Source: Mobula hypostoma
Lineage: Eukaryota
DNA length: 64,000 nt
Direction of reading: 5' to 3'
NCBI RefSeq assembly: GCF_963921235.1
Contig: NC_086097.1
Location: 2,294,001-2,358,000, forward strand
The notes under the pieces were generated by a model. That model was not told where the DNA came from. It saw nothing but the letters and a program-made list of their open reading frames with translations, and did not search any database. Position numbers and translations under genes: made by a program. Shown in pieces: positions 1 through 10,020 of this stretch (the stretch's first letter is position 1; every line of letters begins with the position of its first letter).

Positions 1-87
1 TATTCTCCTCATTAGATGCTGCCTGACCTGCTGACTGCCTCCAACCTTTTGTTTGTGCTGCAGCATCTGCAGAACATCCTGTGTTTT
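1..87 (+). mobile_element. Penelope-like terminal fragment
   Basis: gatgctgcctgacctgctga...cagcatctgcaga, homologous to 14221-14300. Confidence 0.6.
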
Positions 88-451
88 CCTTTCCCGGGAT
101 GCCACTGTGTGCCGTTTGCCCTCATTCATAAGAGTTGTACAAAACAGTGCAACTGATTCATACCAACCAAGATACTCATCTGTGGTTACAAAACTTCCCC
201 ACATTTGGACAGTGTGGCGATCCATGCACCTACTGAAATGCCACTTCAACGCTGTGATTGTACCAGCCTCCACCACTTCTTCTTGTAACTTATCCATTAT
301 CCCAACATCTGCTTTGTGGAGAAACCTGCTTCTCAGATGTCCTTTAATACTTCAGCTCTCACCTTAAACATGTGTTCTCTAGTTTTAGATTCACAACAAA
401 CTCGAACTGAACAACATGGTTTTCACCTCTCTCAGCTGTGAGATCATAGGA

Positions 452-920
452 TTCAAGAGTCACAGATTGTTTAATGTCATTTCCAGCACAGCAAAGGAGA
501 CCAAATTAGCCATTACTCTAGATCTGATGCAGCAGCACAGAAGAACTCACTAAGATAAAGAACACAATAATAAAAAAAACACCATCAATATAAATATACT
601 CGATATGTCATGTGCTGTGTGCGATTGCTGATATTGTGGCTTGCACCTTGATTCTGGAGTAACACTGTTTTATTTGGCTGTGTTCATCGGTATTCATGTA
701 TTGTTAAATGACAATTAAACTTAAACTTGAACTAAATATAAAAGAAAGTTTATATAACGTTGTGGTGGCTGGGGGAGTAGTGGGGTATATTAATGGATGG
801 TGGTGTTGATCATCTTTCTTGCTTGGGAAAAGTCACTGTTTTTGAGACTGGTCATCCTGACATGGATGCTATGTACCCTCTTCCCAGATAGGAATGGGAC
901 AAACAGTCATGAGCAGGGTC
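452..920 (-). mobile_element. Degenerate Rex1-like LINE 3' end/UTR
   Basis: Homologous to 55175-55550 (gattgtttaatgtcatttccag..., gcttgggaaaag...ctgtttttgag.ctggt...gggacaaacagtc). Confidence 0.6.
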
Positions 921-1199
921 CATGAGCCTTAAGAATGAAAATACACGATGGCAAACAATCCATGGATTTCCATTTAAGGTCTTTTTATCTTTCTATGGAA
1001 CAGCAATCTGCCCTTGTGCCTTTGTCGTTATTCATGAAGGTTAGTTCAAAAGAAACCTTCCAAGGTGCAAATCTATGGTCTGATGAGACTAACGGATGCC
1101 TATTAATTCAAGAGATTGCCAATTGATTGCAATTTTGATTATGATTTGTCAAATTGGCTTAGTGCTTCTCTGGGGATTTCAGCTCATGATATCTGGCTT

Positions 1200-2020
1200 C
1201 AATAGCCCCATCCACCCTGCACTAATTGGTTAATACCTGACCTGACTTGGACCAACCAAGCAGAGTTCATTACCAAGAAGGCCCACCAGCACCTTTACTT
1301 CCTGAGAAAACTAAAGAAATTTGGCCTGTCCCAAAAACCCTCACTAATTTTTATAGATACACCGTAGAAAGCATTCTTCTACGGTGCATCACAACCTGGT
1401 ATGGAAGTTGTCCTGTCCAAGACCGAAAGAAGCTGCAGAAGATCGTGAACACGGAACATCACATCACACAAACCAATCTTCCATCTGTGGACTCACTTTA
1501 CACCGCACGCTGTCGGAGCAGTGCTGCCAGGATAATCAAGGACACAACCCACCCAGCCAACATACTTTTCGTCCCTCTTCCCTCCGGGAGAAGGCTCAGG
1601 AGCTTAAAGACTCATACTGCCAGATTTGGGAACAGCTTCTTTTCAACTGTAATTAAGACTGCTGAACGGATCCTGACCCGGATCTGGGCCGTACCCTCCA
1701 AATATCCGGACCGGCCTCTCGGTTTTTTTGCACTACCTTACTTTCCATTTTCTATTTATGATTTATAATTTAAATTTTTAATATTTACTATCAATTTGTA
1801 CTCCAGGGAGCGGGAAGCGCAGAATCAAATATTGCTGTGATGATTGTACGTTCTAGTATCAATTGTTTGGTGACAATAAAGCTTAAAGTATAATAGCCCC
1901 ACCCACCCTGCACTGATTGGCTAATAGCCCCACCCACCCTGCACTGATTGGCTAATAGCCCCATCCACCCTGCACTGATTGGTTAATATCCCCATCCACC
2001 CTGCACTGATTGGTTAATAC
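1200..2020 (+). repeat. 31-bp minisatellite (taatagccccacccaccctgcactgattggc), 5 copies, split by a Rex1 insertion
   Basis: One copy at 1200-1230 and four tandem copies at 1891-2014. Confidence 0.9.
1237..1890 (+). mobile_element. Rex1/Babar LINE 3' fragment
   Basis: Frameshifted KKAHQHLYFLRKLKKFG...FYRYTVESIL...HPANILFVPLPSGRRLRS...SFF, followed by a 3' UTR ending tgacaataaa. Confidence 0.85.
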
Positions 2021-2245
2021 AGCTATTCTTGGACCACTGTACATTCCAAGGCAATTATTCTTATTACCTAGGAAGGGGATTCCCTGCAATCAGCCAAAAT
2101 CCTTTCCTTCCCATCTCCTATTATTTTTATAACTACAGAAAATTTTCCAGAAAATATTTTATTCCTGCAAAGCACACCAGCAATTCTCCAGCGTAGCCCA
2201 CAGCAACATCCCAGAGTGCCAACAAACCAATGTGAGATAGTTGTC

Positions 2246-2373
2246 ACAAACAAGAGAAAATCTGCAGATGCTGGAAATCCGAGCAACACACAAAATGCTG
2301 GAGGAACTCAGCAGGCCAGGCCAGCTATGGAAAAAAGTACAGTTGATGTTTTGGGCCAAAACCCTTTGGCAGG
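2246..2373 (-). mobile_element. Penelope-like terminal fragment with a degenerate hammerhead
   Basis: ctgcagatgctggaaat...tgctggaggaactcagcaggccagg...gttttgggccaaaaccctttggcagga, homologous to the arms of 13613-14306. Confidence 0.7.
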
Positions 2374-2424
2374 AGATAGTTGTTAGCTTTATGGCAGTAT
2401 TTGTAGAGTTGAGATTGTCCTCAC

Positions 2425-2550
2425 CTGAACCCTCTGGAGCAGCTCCTGGGACTGTGCATCATTTTGATCAGCCTCCAGAATAACATCAGTCAGTTTGTGG
2501 ATTATAACATCAAGTGGCCCCTGCTCCTCGATTGGTTTTTCCAAATCAAG
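2425..2550 (-). CDS. ITPK1: Internal coding exon (126 bp, phase 0/0) of inositol-tetrakisphosphate 1-kinase
   Basis: Minus strand reads cttttaattctcttccttttgcag|CTTGAT...GTTCAG|gtgagg. It translates LDLEKPIEEQGPLDVIIHKLTDVILEADQNDAQSQELLQRVQ, which matches human ITPK1 as I recall it (LNLSRPIEEQGPLDVIIHKLTDVILEADQNDSQSLELVHRFQ) with the same 126-nt exon length. Splice sites are canonical AG/GT. Confidence 0.95.
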
Positions 2551-3049
2551 CTGCAAAAGGAAGAGAATTAAAAGGTCAGAATGATTTGAAGGTTGGCCTC
2601 GGTGCCATAGATATGCAGCAAACTGATAAGACAGTCACACCCTTACTGATATTAATTACCTGTTTACAGGGAGTTAGCTGGAAACGCATCTCATGCAAGT
2701 TCATAGTTTTTCTTTGCAATCAAAAGGTATGTCAATTATAGCTCAATCCACAATCAAATTTAAGTACAAAATCTTCAATGGAACTTCAATGCACTATCAG
2801 TTCATCCAAGAGTATGAACTAGTGCCATGGGATCTGTCTCAGTAACAAAGATTAATAGCTCATCTTCCCCAGGATGTACAGGTGCAGTTCTACACTGTCA
2901 TCATAGACAGCATGTTTTTATATAATTCTTTATAATGGTTGAATGTTATTTTTTGTTACTCATCAGGTCATGACCAGCACACCGCAGTAAATTCCTCATT
3001 CATGTAAATATATGTGACAAATAAAATTTTATTTTAATTTTTATTTTAC

Positions 3050-4045
3050 TTAGAAATATAAGTCGCAATAGGCCCTTCCATCCCACCAAGCTGCGCTCCC
3101 CAGCAAACCTACCTAAGTGTAAGGGGTTTCTTCTTTTATGTTACTGCTGAGGCTAATCAAAATGGCTTTCTTGTTATGTTAGAATAAAATGGCTTCTTTG
3201 TTATTCTAATTGCTGAGAAAGTTCTCTCTCTAGCAGCTTGTTTGGGTTATAAAGAGAATTGTATTCATTTGCTAACCAATTGGGATAGATGTTATTCTTT
3301 CTTGTGTGTCTGTAAGCTGTTGTTTTTCGCGGGCTTTGGGGCAGAAGGTGCGATGGGGACAGAGCTCACGCGATGCTGTAAGCTGGGTGGCGGACTGACC
3401 CTGAGCGGGAGTCTGAGGCCCAGGGTCTTCGGCGAGGAGAGGAGACGAGGACAGACTCATGTGGAGCATCTGATTGACCACCGTGGTTGGTCCCAGGCGG
3501 CGGGTCGAGGGGGTCGGAGGGGATCGAATGGTGGAAAGAAGAATCCGTTAATTGAGCTCCAACTGTTGTGCACGAAGTGGTTGAACTTTGATAAGTTTGG
3601 TGCCTTTTACTTTTCCTTTTATATTTTATCTCTATTAATTACAGAGTTCCAGTAAGATCTATAAAGTGTAATCATTTTCTCACATATGGTGTATTGTCTG
3701 TTATTTGGCGGTGTGGGGTACATCACACAGCATCCTCACAAACTTGATTACCCAGTCTGGTGGGGCTGAAGGCTGCTCCCCCTAGACGGAAGCGAGCTGA
3801 GCGAGCCTGAGGCTTACCAGGGGCTACATAAGTAACTCTAGCCTTATCACGGGGTAATTTACAATGACCAAATTAACCTACTAACCAGTATGTCTTTGGA
3901 TTGTGGGAGGAAACCAGAGCAACGGGGGAAGCCTATGGGGTCATGGGAAGAAGATACAAACTCCTTGCAGAAGAGGCCATAATTGGAATCCAAACTCCAG
4001 CACCCCAAGTTGTATTAGAGTCGTGTTAAAAACTATGGTACAGTG
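3050..4045 (-). mobile_element. tRNA-derived V-SINE (HE1-like), interrupted by solo LTR 3118-3828
   Basis: Contains the reverse complement of the V-domain (gtctttggattgtgggaggaaaccagagca) and aattaacctactaacc. The sequence is continuous across the LTR. Confidence 0.7.
3118..3828. mobile_element. Solo LTR (711 bp), second LTR family
   Basis: TGT...ACA termini, 4-bp TSD TAAG (3114-3117, 3829-3832), homologous along its length to 41826-42537, and it splits a SINE. Confidence 0.88.
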
Positions 4046-4180
4046 GCAACCAAAGTTGGCACTTCTTGATTTATCCCTTGCTTAAAACAAAATTTCAGTT
4101 GATTTTTTTAAACATTGCTATCTGTGGGATCCTGCTATGCCCAAATTCTTGTTTGTCTAATGTTGCTAGAATGACTATAC

Positions 4181-4436
4181 TGTAGCGGTGTGCTACACAC
4201 AGTGCTAGAATAACCACATGGAGTCGGTGAGTTAGAGTCGCGAAGAAAGAGATTTATTCAAACTTCGCGGGCTGCTTTAAAGCCTTCCCGTTCCCGCCCT
4301 CCCTGAGGCGGGACTGCTGTGGGGAATGCATATTCCCAGACCCTTTCTGCGCGTGAGATTTTCCCCCCGCTGGTGAAGATGGCCTGCGCATGCTGTTGTG
4401 AGCCGGTTCGTGGGTGCCAGAAAGTGGGTCGCCACA
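4181..4436 (-). repeat. 3' LTR of the Gypsy element (256 bp)
   Basis: Preceded on the minus strand by a G-run PPT. Contains AATAAA (minus) at 4253-4258. Confidence 0.95.
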
Positions 4437-4450
4437 TAACCCCCCCCCAG
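4437..4450 (-). promoter_or_regulatory. Polypurine tract
   Basis: Minus strand CTGGGGGGGGGTTA immediately precedes the TGTGGC start of the 3' LTR. Confidence 0.8.
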
Positions 4451-7400
4451 AACCGGCGATACCTCCCCCAATGTCCACAGTCTGGATCGGCCTCTGTTTG
4501 GGAGGTCTGCCCATGCGCCGCGGTGCCTGAGCCTGGACCGGTTGCGTCAAGTCCACATGGGCTGGTTTGAGTCGGTCCACCGTGAAAACCTCCTCTCTCC
4601 CCCCAATGTCCAGCACGAACGTGGACCCGTTGTTCCTGATCACCTTAAACGGCCCCTCGTAGGGCCGCTGTAGCGGTGCCCGGTGTCCGCCCCGTCGTAC
4701 AAAAAGAAACTTACAGTTCTGCAGGTCTTTGGGTACGCAGGTCGGGCTCTGTCCATGCTGTGAAGTGGGGATGGGGGCCAGGTTACCGAGCCTCTCCCGT
4801 AGTCTGTCCAGGACTGCTGTGGGTTCTTCCTCTTGCCCCCTTGGGGCTGGTATGAACTCTCCTGGGACTACCAGGGGTGCGCCGTACACCAACTCGGCCG
4901 ACGAGGTGTGTAGATCCTCTTTGGGCGCCGTGCAGATTCCGAGCAGGACCCAGGGAAGTTCGTCCACCCAGTTAGGCCCCTCCAGGCGGGCCATGAGAGC
5001 CGATTTCAGGTGACGGTGGAAGTGCTCCACTAGTCCGTTCGACTGTGGGTGGTAGGCAGTTGTGTGGTGTAGCTGAGATCCTAAAAGGCTGGCCATAGCC
5101 GACCACAGGTTGGAGGTGAACTGGGCGCCCCTGTCGGAGGTAATGTGGGCCGGTACCCCGAAGCGGGCTACCCAGGTTGCAATCAGTGCTCGGGCGCAGG
5201 ATTCGGAGGTGGTGTCGCTGAGCGGGACTGCCTCTGGCCATCTGGTGAACCGGTCTATCATAGTTAGGAGGTACCACGCTCCTCGTGACACTGGCAGGGG
5301 CCCCACAATATCCACATGGATGTGGTCGAACCTCCGGCGGGTGGGTTCGAACCGCTGCGGTGGAGCCTTGGTGTGCCGCTGCACCTTGGCCGTTTGGCAC
5401 TGCATGCACGTTTTGGCCCATTCACTGACCTGTTTACGAAGTCCATGCCACACGAACCTGTTGGAGACCAGCCGGACGGTTGTCCTGATGGAGGGGTGCG
5501 CTAAGTTGTGAATGGACTCGAAAACCCGCCGGCGCCAGGCTGCTGGGACGACGGGGCGGGGTTGGCCGGTAGCTACGTCACATAGTAGGGTCCTCTCACC
5601 TGGGCCTACGGGGAGGTCTTGAAGCTGTAAACCGGAGACTGCAGTCCTGTAACTGGGGATCTCAGCGTCTGCCTGCTGTGCCTCTGCCAGCGCTGCATAG
5701 TCCACCCCCTGGGACAGGGCCTGTATAGTCGGTCTGGATAGTGCGTCTGCCACGACGTTGTCCTTTCCCGAGACATGCCGGATGTCCGTCGTGTACTCGG
5801 AGATGTAGGACAAATGTCGCTGCTGGCGGGACGACCAGGGGTCGGACACCTTCGTGAACGCAAAGGTAAGCGGTTTGTGGTCTGTGAACGCGGTGAAGGG
5901 CCTACCTTCTAAGAAGTACCTGAAATGCCGGATTGCCAGGTATAGTGCCAATAGCTCCTGGTCAAAAGCACTGTATTTGAGTTCTGGTGGTCGTAGGTGT
6001 TTGCTGAAGAACGCCAGGGGTTGCCAGCGACCCTCGATGAGTTGTTCCAGCACTCCACCGATCACTGTGTTGGATGCGTCCACCATGAGGGCAGTAGGAA
6101 CGTCCGTTCTGGGGTGCACCAGCATCGTGGCGTTTGCCAAGGCTTCTTTGGTTTTAACGAAAGCAGTTGCGGCCTCTTCGTCCCAGGTAATGTCCTTGCC
6201 CTTACCCGACATTAGAGTGAACAGGGGTCGCATCGTTCGGGCTGCTGAGGGGAGGAAACGGTGGTAGAAATTCACCATACCCACGAATTCCTGCAGGCCT
6301 TTGATTGTGTTGGGTCGGGGGAAGTGGCAGACCGTGTCTACCTTGGCAGGCAGAGGGGTTACCCTGTCTTTAGTAATCCTGTGGCCCAGGAAGTCGATGG
6401 TGTCGAGTCCGAACTGGCATTTGGCCGGGTTGATTGTAAGGCCGAATTTGCTCAGGCGGGAGTAGAGCTGGCGGAGGTGGGACAGATGCTCCTGCCGACT
6501 ACTGCTGGCTATGAGGATGTCGTCCAAATAGATGAATGCAAAGTCCAGGTCGCGTCCCACCGCGTCCATTAGCCGCTGGAAAGTCTGTGCGGCATTCTTT
6601 AGACCAAACGGCATTCGGAGGAATTCGAAAAGTCCGAACGGGGTGATAAGTGCTGTTTTGGGGATGTCGTCCGGATGTACAGGGATTTGATGGTATCCCC
6701 GGACGAGGTCTACCTTGGAAAAGATCCTTGCGCCGTGTAGGTTTGCTGCGAAGTCTTGAATGTGCGGCACAGGGTAGCGGTCTGGCGTTGTAGCCTCGTT
6801 CAGTCTGCGGTAGTCACCGCATGGTCTCCAACCCCCCGTTGCCTTGGGCACCATGTGCAGGGGGGAGGCCCATGGGCTGTCAGACCGTCGTATGATCCCC
6901 AATTCCTCCATCTTCTTGAACTCCTCCTTCGCCAGTCGGAGCTTGTCCGGGGGAAGCCTTCGAGCACGGGCGTGGAGGGGTGGTCCCTGGGTCGGGATGT
7001 GGTGCTGTACTCCGTGTCTGGGCATGGCTGCCGTGAACTACGGTGTCAGTACTGATGGGAAATCCGCCAGGACTCTGGTGAATTCGTCATCGGACAGCGT
7101 GATGGAGTCCAGGTGTGGGGCTGGCAACTGTGCTTCACCGAGGGAGAACTTTTGAAAAGTCTTGGCGTGGACTAATCGCTTCCCTTGCAGGTCGACCAGC
7201 AGGCTGTGGGCTCGTAGAAAATCCGCCCCTAGGAGTGGTTGGGCCACGGCGGCCAGTGTGAAGTCCCACGTGAACCGGCTGGAGCTGAACTGTAGCCGCA
7301 CCGTGCAGGTGCCGTAGGTTCGTATTGTGCTGCCATTTGTGGCCCTCAGGGTGGGTCCCGGTTCTCTGTTGCGGGTGTCGTAACTCGTTGGAGGTAAGAC

Positions 7401-7472
7401 GCTGATCTCCGCTCCGGTGTCGACCAAAAAGCGGCGTCCCGACTGCTTGTCCCAAACGTACAGGAGGCTGTC

Positions 7473-7523
7473 CTGATGGCCAGCCGCTGTAGCCATCAGC
7501 GGCGGCTGACCCTGGCGTTTCCC
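7473..7523 (-). promoter_or_regulatory. Predicted -1 programmed ribosomal frameshift signal (G-GGA-AAC plus downstream RNA structure)
   Basis: The heptamer G GGA AAC (7523-7517) is in the correct gag frame (P-G-N). After a 5-nt spacer come complementary segments GGUCAGCCGC/GCGGCUGGCC. The -1 frame opens into protease. Confidence 0.8.
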
Positions 7524-8200
7524 GGGAATTTGCAGGGTGGTCTGCAGCGGCGGGCCTCTGTGCCCCACCGCTGGTGGTAGAAACACCATTGTTCGTTGAG
7601 CTCCTCACTCCCGTCGCCGGGTTTTTTAGGCTCTGCTGCCGGGCCTGGTCTGGTCTGTCGTTGGGCTCGCGGTTTGGTGATCTGTGCGACGGATGCCCCT
7701 CTCTCTTTCCTGGCATTCCACAGCACATCTGCTCGGGCCGCCACCTCCCGGGGGTTGCTGAAATCTGCGTCGGACAGCAGCAGGCATATGTCCTCGGGCA
7801 GTTGCTCTAGGAACGTCTGCTCAAACATGAGGCAGGGTTTATGTCCTTCAGCCAGGGCCAGCATCTCGTTCATTAATGCTGACGGCGGCCTGTCTCCCAA
7901 ACCATCCAGGTGCATTAAGCGGCGTGCTCGTTCACGCCGTGAGAGTCCGAAAGTCCTTATGAGCAGGGCTTTGAATGCTGTGTATTTGCCGTCCTCCGGG
8001 GGCGACTGTATAAATTCCTCAACTTGTGCAGCAGTCTCCTGGTCGAGGGAGCTCAGCACGTAGTAGTAGCGAGTGGACTCCAAAGTTATCTGCTGAATGT
8101 GGAATTGTGCTTCTGCTTGTTCGAACCATAAATGGGGTCGCAGTGTCCAGAAGCTTGGCAGTTTTAACGAAACTGCGTGAGCAGATGCAGCGTCGGTCAT
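7496..8200 (-). CDS. gag: Retrotransposon Gag (likely start MTDAASAHAVSLKLPSFW)
   Basis: Open frame with a KLPSFW...LWFEQAEAQF N-terminus and a C-terminal C-x2-H-x9-C-x3-C motif (CFYHQRWGTEARRCRPPC). The ATG at 8200 is downstream of the PBS. Confidence 0.88.
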   Translation of the reverse strand: MTDAASAHAVSLKLPSFWTLRPHLWFEQAEAQFHIQQITLESTRYYYVLSSLDQETAAQVEEFIQSPPEDGKYTAFKALLIRTFGLSRRERARRLMHLDGLGDRPPSALMNEMLALAEGHKPCLMFEQTFLEQLPEDICLLLSDADFSNPREVAARADVLWNARKERGASVAQITKPRAQRQTRPGPAAEPKKPGDGSEELNEQWCFYHQRWGTEARRCRPPCKFPGNARVSRR

Positions 8201-8224
8201 CTCTGGTCCAAATATCGTTTGGGC

Positions 8225-8238
8225 CGTCGGGGTCACCA
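8225..8238 (-). promoter_or_regulatory. Primer-binding site complementary to the tRNA-Trp 3' end
   Basis: Minus strand TGGTGACCCCGACG lies 2 nt after the 5' LTR and matches the first 14 nt of the classic tRNA-Trp PBS (TGGTGACCCCGACGTGAT). Confidence 0.9.
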
Positions 8239-8240
8239 AT

Positions 8241-8526
8241 TGTAGCGATGTGCTACACACAGCGCTAGAATAACCACACGGAGTCGGTGAGTTAGAGTTG
8301 CGATGAAAGAGATTTATTCAAACTTCGCAGCCTGCTTTAAAGCCTTCCTGTTCCCGCCCTCCCTGGGGCGGGACTGCTGTGGGGAATGCATATTCCCAGA
8401 CCCTTTCCGCGCGCGGGATTTTCCCCCTGCTGGTGAAGATGGCCTGGCGCCCTTTTTGGGGCCAGCCCTCTGCCTGCGCGCGCTGTTGTGAGCTGGTTCG
8501 TGTGTGCCAGAAAGTGGGTCGCCACA
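8241..8526 (-). repeat. 5' LTR of the Gypsy element (286 bp)
   Basis: Direct repeat of 4181-4436 with about 17 substitutions (counted by eye) and 30 extra bp. The PBS lies immediately downstream on the minus strand. Confidence 0.95.
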
Positions 8527-8529
8527 ATA

Positions 8530-9300
8530 CAACGGATTCCGGTTAACTCGGACACAATGGGACCAGTACATTTTTGTCCAATTAAGCAATAGCTCCGATT
8601 TGCTGAAGCTTCATGACAATATTTTAAAAGGTATAAAAAAGACAAACTGAGTAACCAGTTATGTATTTAAAAGAAATGCAGAAAAAAATAGAACACTACC
8701 AATACTATAAAACTAGTTATCAGCAGAAGAATTTGTAGCTGCCACTGTCCTTTTGATTGGCTGTCAATGAAGAAGTCAGCACAGGCACCTATAATGCAGA
8801 TAGTGGACTGCCTTCATACAATGCTTGGACGACTGCATCCTCCAAATCTTCACTTTCAATATAACATTCAAGATTGTTTGTGATACCTTCATAAATTCCA
8901 ACTTATTGAAGTAGTGAAATCGTTTCATTTTCACTCCTGGCCATTTCTGTCATCTCCAAGCCTGAATGCTTGAAACTGCAGTGAGCAAAACAGTTCTGAA
9001 TCGTCTTATTACTTATTTCTTGCCAACTGTCAATGACAAAAATCACTGCTTTTCAAACGCAAACACAGGCAAAAATGCTATTTAAAAACTACGCACTCTA
9101 AGCACAGTATAGTGTCTAACAGCCTCAACGTGCACACAACTGACACTAATTGGAAATTATTCGGCAACAGTTCCCGCATAGTGTCCAAACAAACAAAAGG
9201 AATCCCAGCTATTTTCTCGATTTAGTTTTGTTCTTTCAAAGTTGTCACAAATCAATGGCTGGCCCGATTAACCGATGGCCCAATTAAGCAGAATTCATTG
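8530..9300. mobile_element. Non-autonomous Tc1/mariner-superfamily (Tigger/pogo-like) DNA transposon
   Basis: Imperfect ~24-bp TIRs (caacggattccggttaactcgg / cccaattaagcagaattcattg) flanked by TA on both sides. Related copies start near 27003 and 38105. Confidence 0.75.
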
Positions 9301-9574
9301 TATTCTTTAAATGTGGTGAGATCTCTGTCATGTTTTGTCCTGAAAATCCATCCATTATTTCTTACTAAGCAAACACACAGAGCCTGGCGAATATCTTTCT
9401 GTTGTCTCCTGTACGTCCCTGGCATTTTGTGCTTGGCCTATTTGATTGAGTTCAACCTTCACACTGTTATATCCAGATTATTATGCTGATATTAGTTAAC
9501 AAGGGAATTCTCTGTCAATCATAAACTCAACGGAAACCAGGAACTCTATTTTTAAAATGTCACCAGTCTTTCAG

Positions 9575-10020
9575 GTTTACCAGAGAGTATGTGCTATAAC
9601 GAGAGGTTGGACAAACTTGGATTGTTTTCTCTGAAGTGGTAGAGGCTGAGAGGAGATCTGACAGGAATATTTAAGATTATGAGAGGCATTGATAGAGTAG
9701 ATAGTAGATTTTTTTCCAGGGTTGAAATGTCTAATACCAGAGGGCATGCATTTAAGGTGAAAGGGAGTCATTTCAAAGGAAATGTGATGGGCAGGTTGTT
9801 TTTTTTTACACAGAGAGTGGTGGGTGCCTGGAATGTGCTGTCTCAGGGGTGCTGGTAGAGGCAGAAACATTAGGGACACAAATGTGAAGAGAATGGAAGG
9901 ATATGGACATTGTATCAGCAGAGGGATTAGTTTAGTTGGCCATTTGATTACTAATTTAATTGGTTTGGCAAAATACTGTGGCTAGAGGAACCTATCCCTG
10001 TGCTGTATTGTTTTATGTTG
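9575..10020 (+). mobile_element. CR1 LINE 3' fragment, degenerate
   Basis: ERLDKLGLFSL..RL RGDL...GID...FFPRVEMSNTRGH...FFTQRVVGAWN motifs and a CR1 3' UTR. Confidence 0.8.

Larger units (their letters stand above)
4254..7523 (-). pseudogene. pol: Pol (aspartic protease, RT, RNase H, integrase) in the -1 frame relative to gag, interrupted by one in-frame TAG at 7038-7040
   Basis: Protease FLVDTGAEIS/LLGADFL; RT RMPFGL and YLDD; RNase H DAS...ELLA...TDH; integrase HHCC (HNLAH...CMQC), D-D-E (DIVG, SDRG, VE) and GPF motif. ORFs 7038-7589 and 4254-7025 are in the same frame ([14 protein letters not shown]). Confidence 0.92.
4181..8526 (-). mobile_element. Full-length Ty3/Gypsy LTR retrotransposon, CsRn1-like clade
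   Basis: Two TG...CA LTRs (4181-4436, 8241-8526), TSD ATAC at 4177-4180 and 8527-8530, PBS, PPT, gag with a CHCC knuckle, and PR-RT-RH-IN domain order. Confidence 0.96.

Noticed and set aside
2670..2726. Plus-strand exon-like segment (tttacag|...AAG|gtatgt)
   Set aside because: No recognisable protein, antisense to ITPK1 and no partner exons; likely chance splice motifs.
4277..8645. Many short overlapping or antisense ORFs within the Gypsy element (including a possible env)
   Set aside because: They are GC-rich shadow ORFs of gag/pol. There is no room for, or hydrophobic signature of, an env gene.
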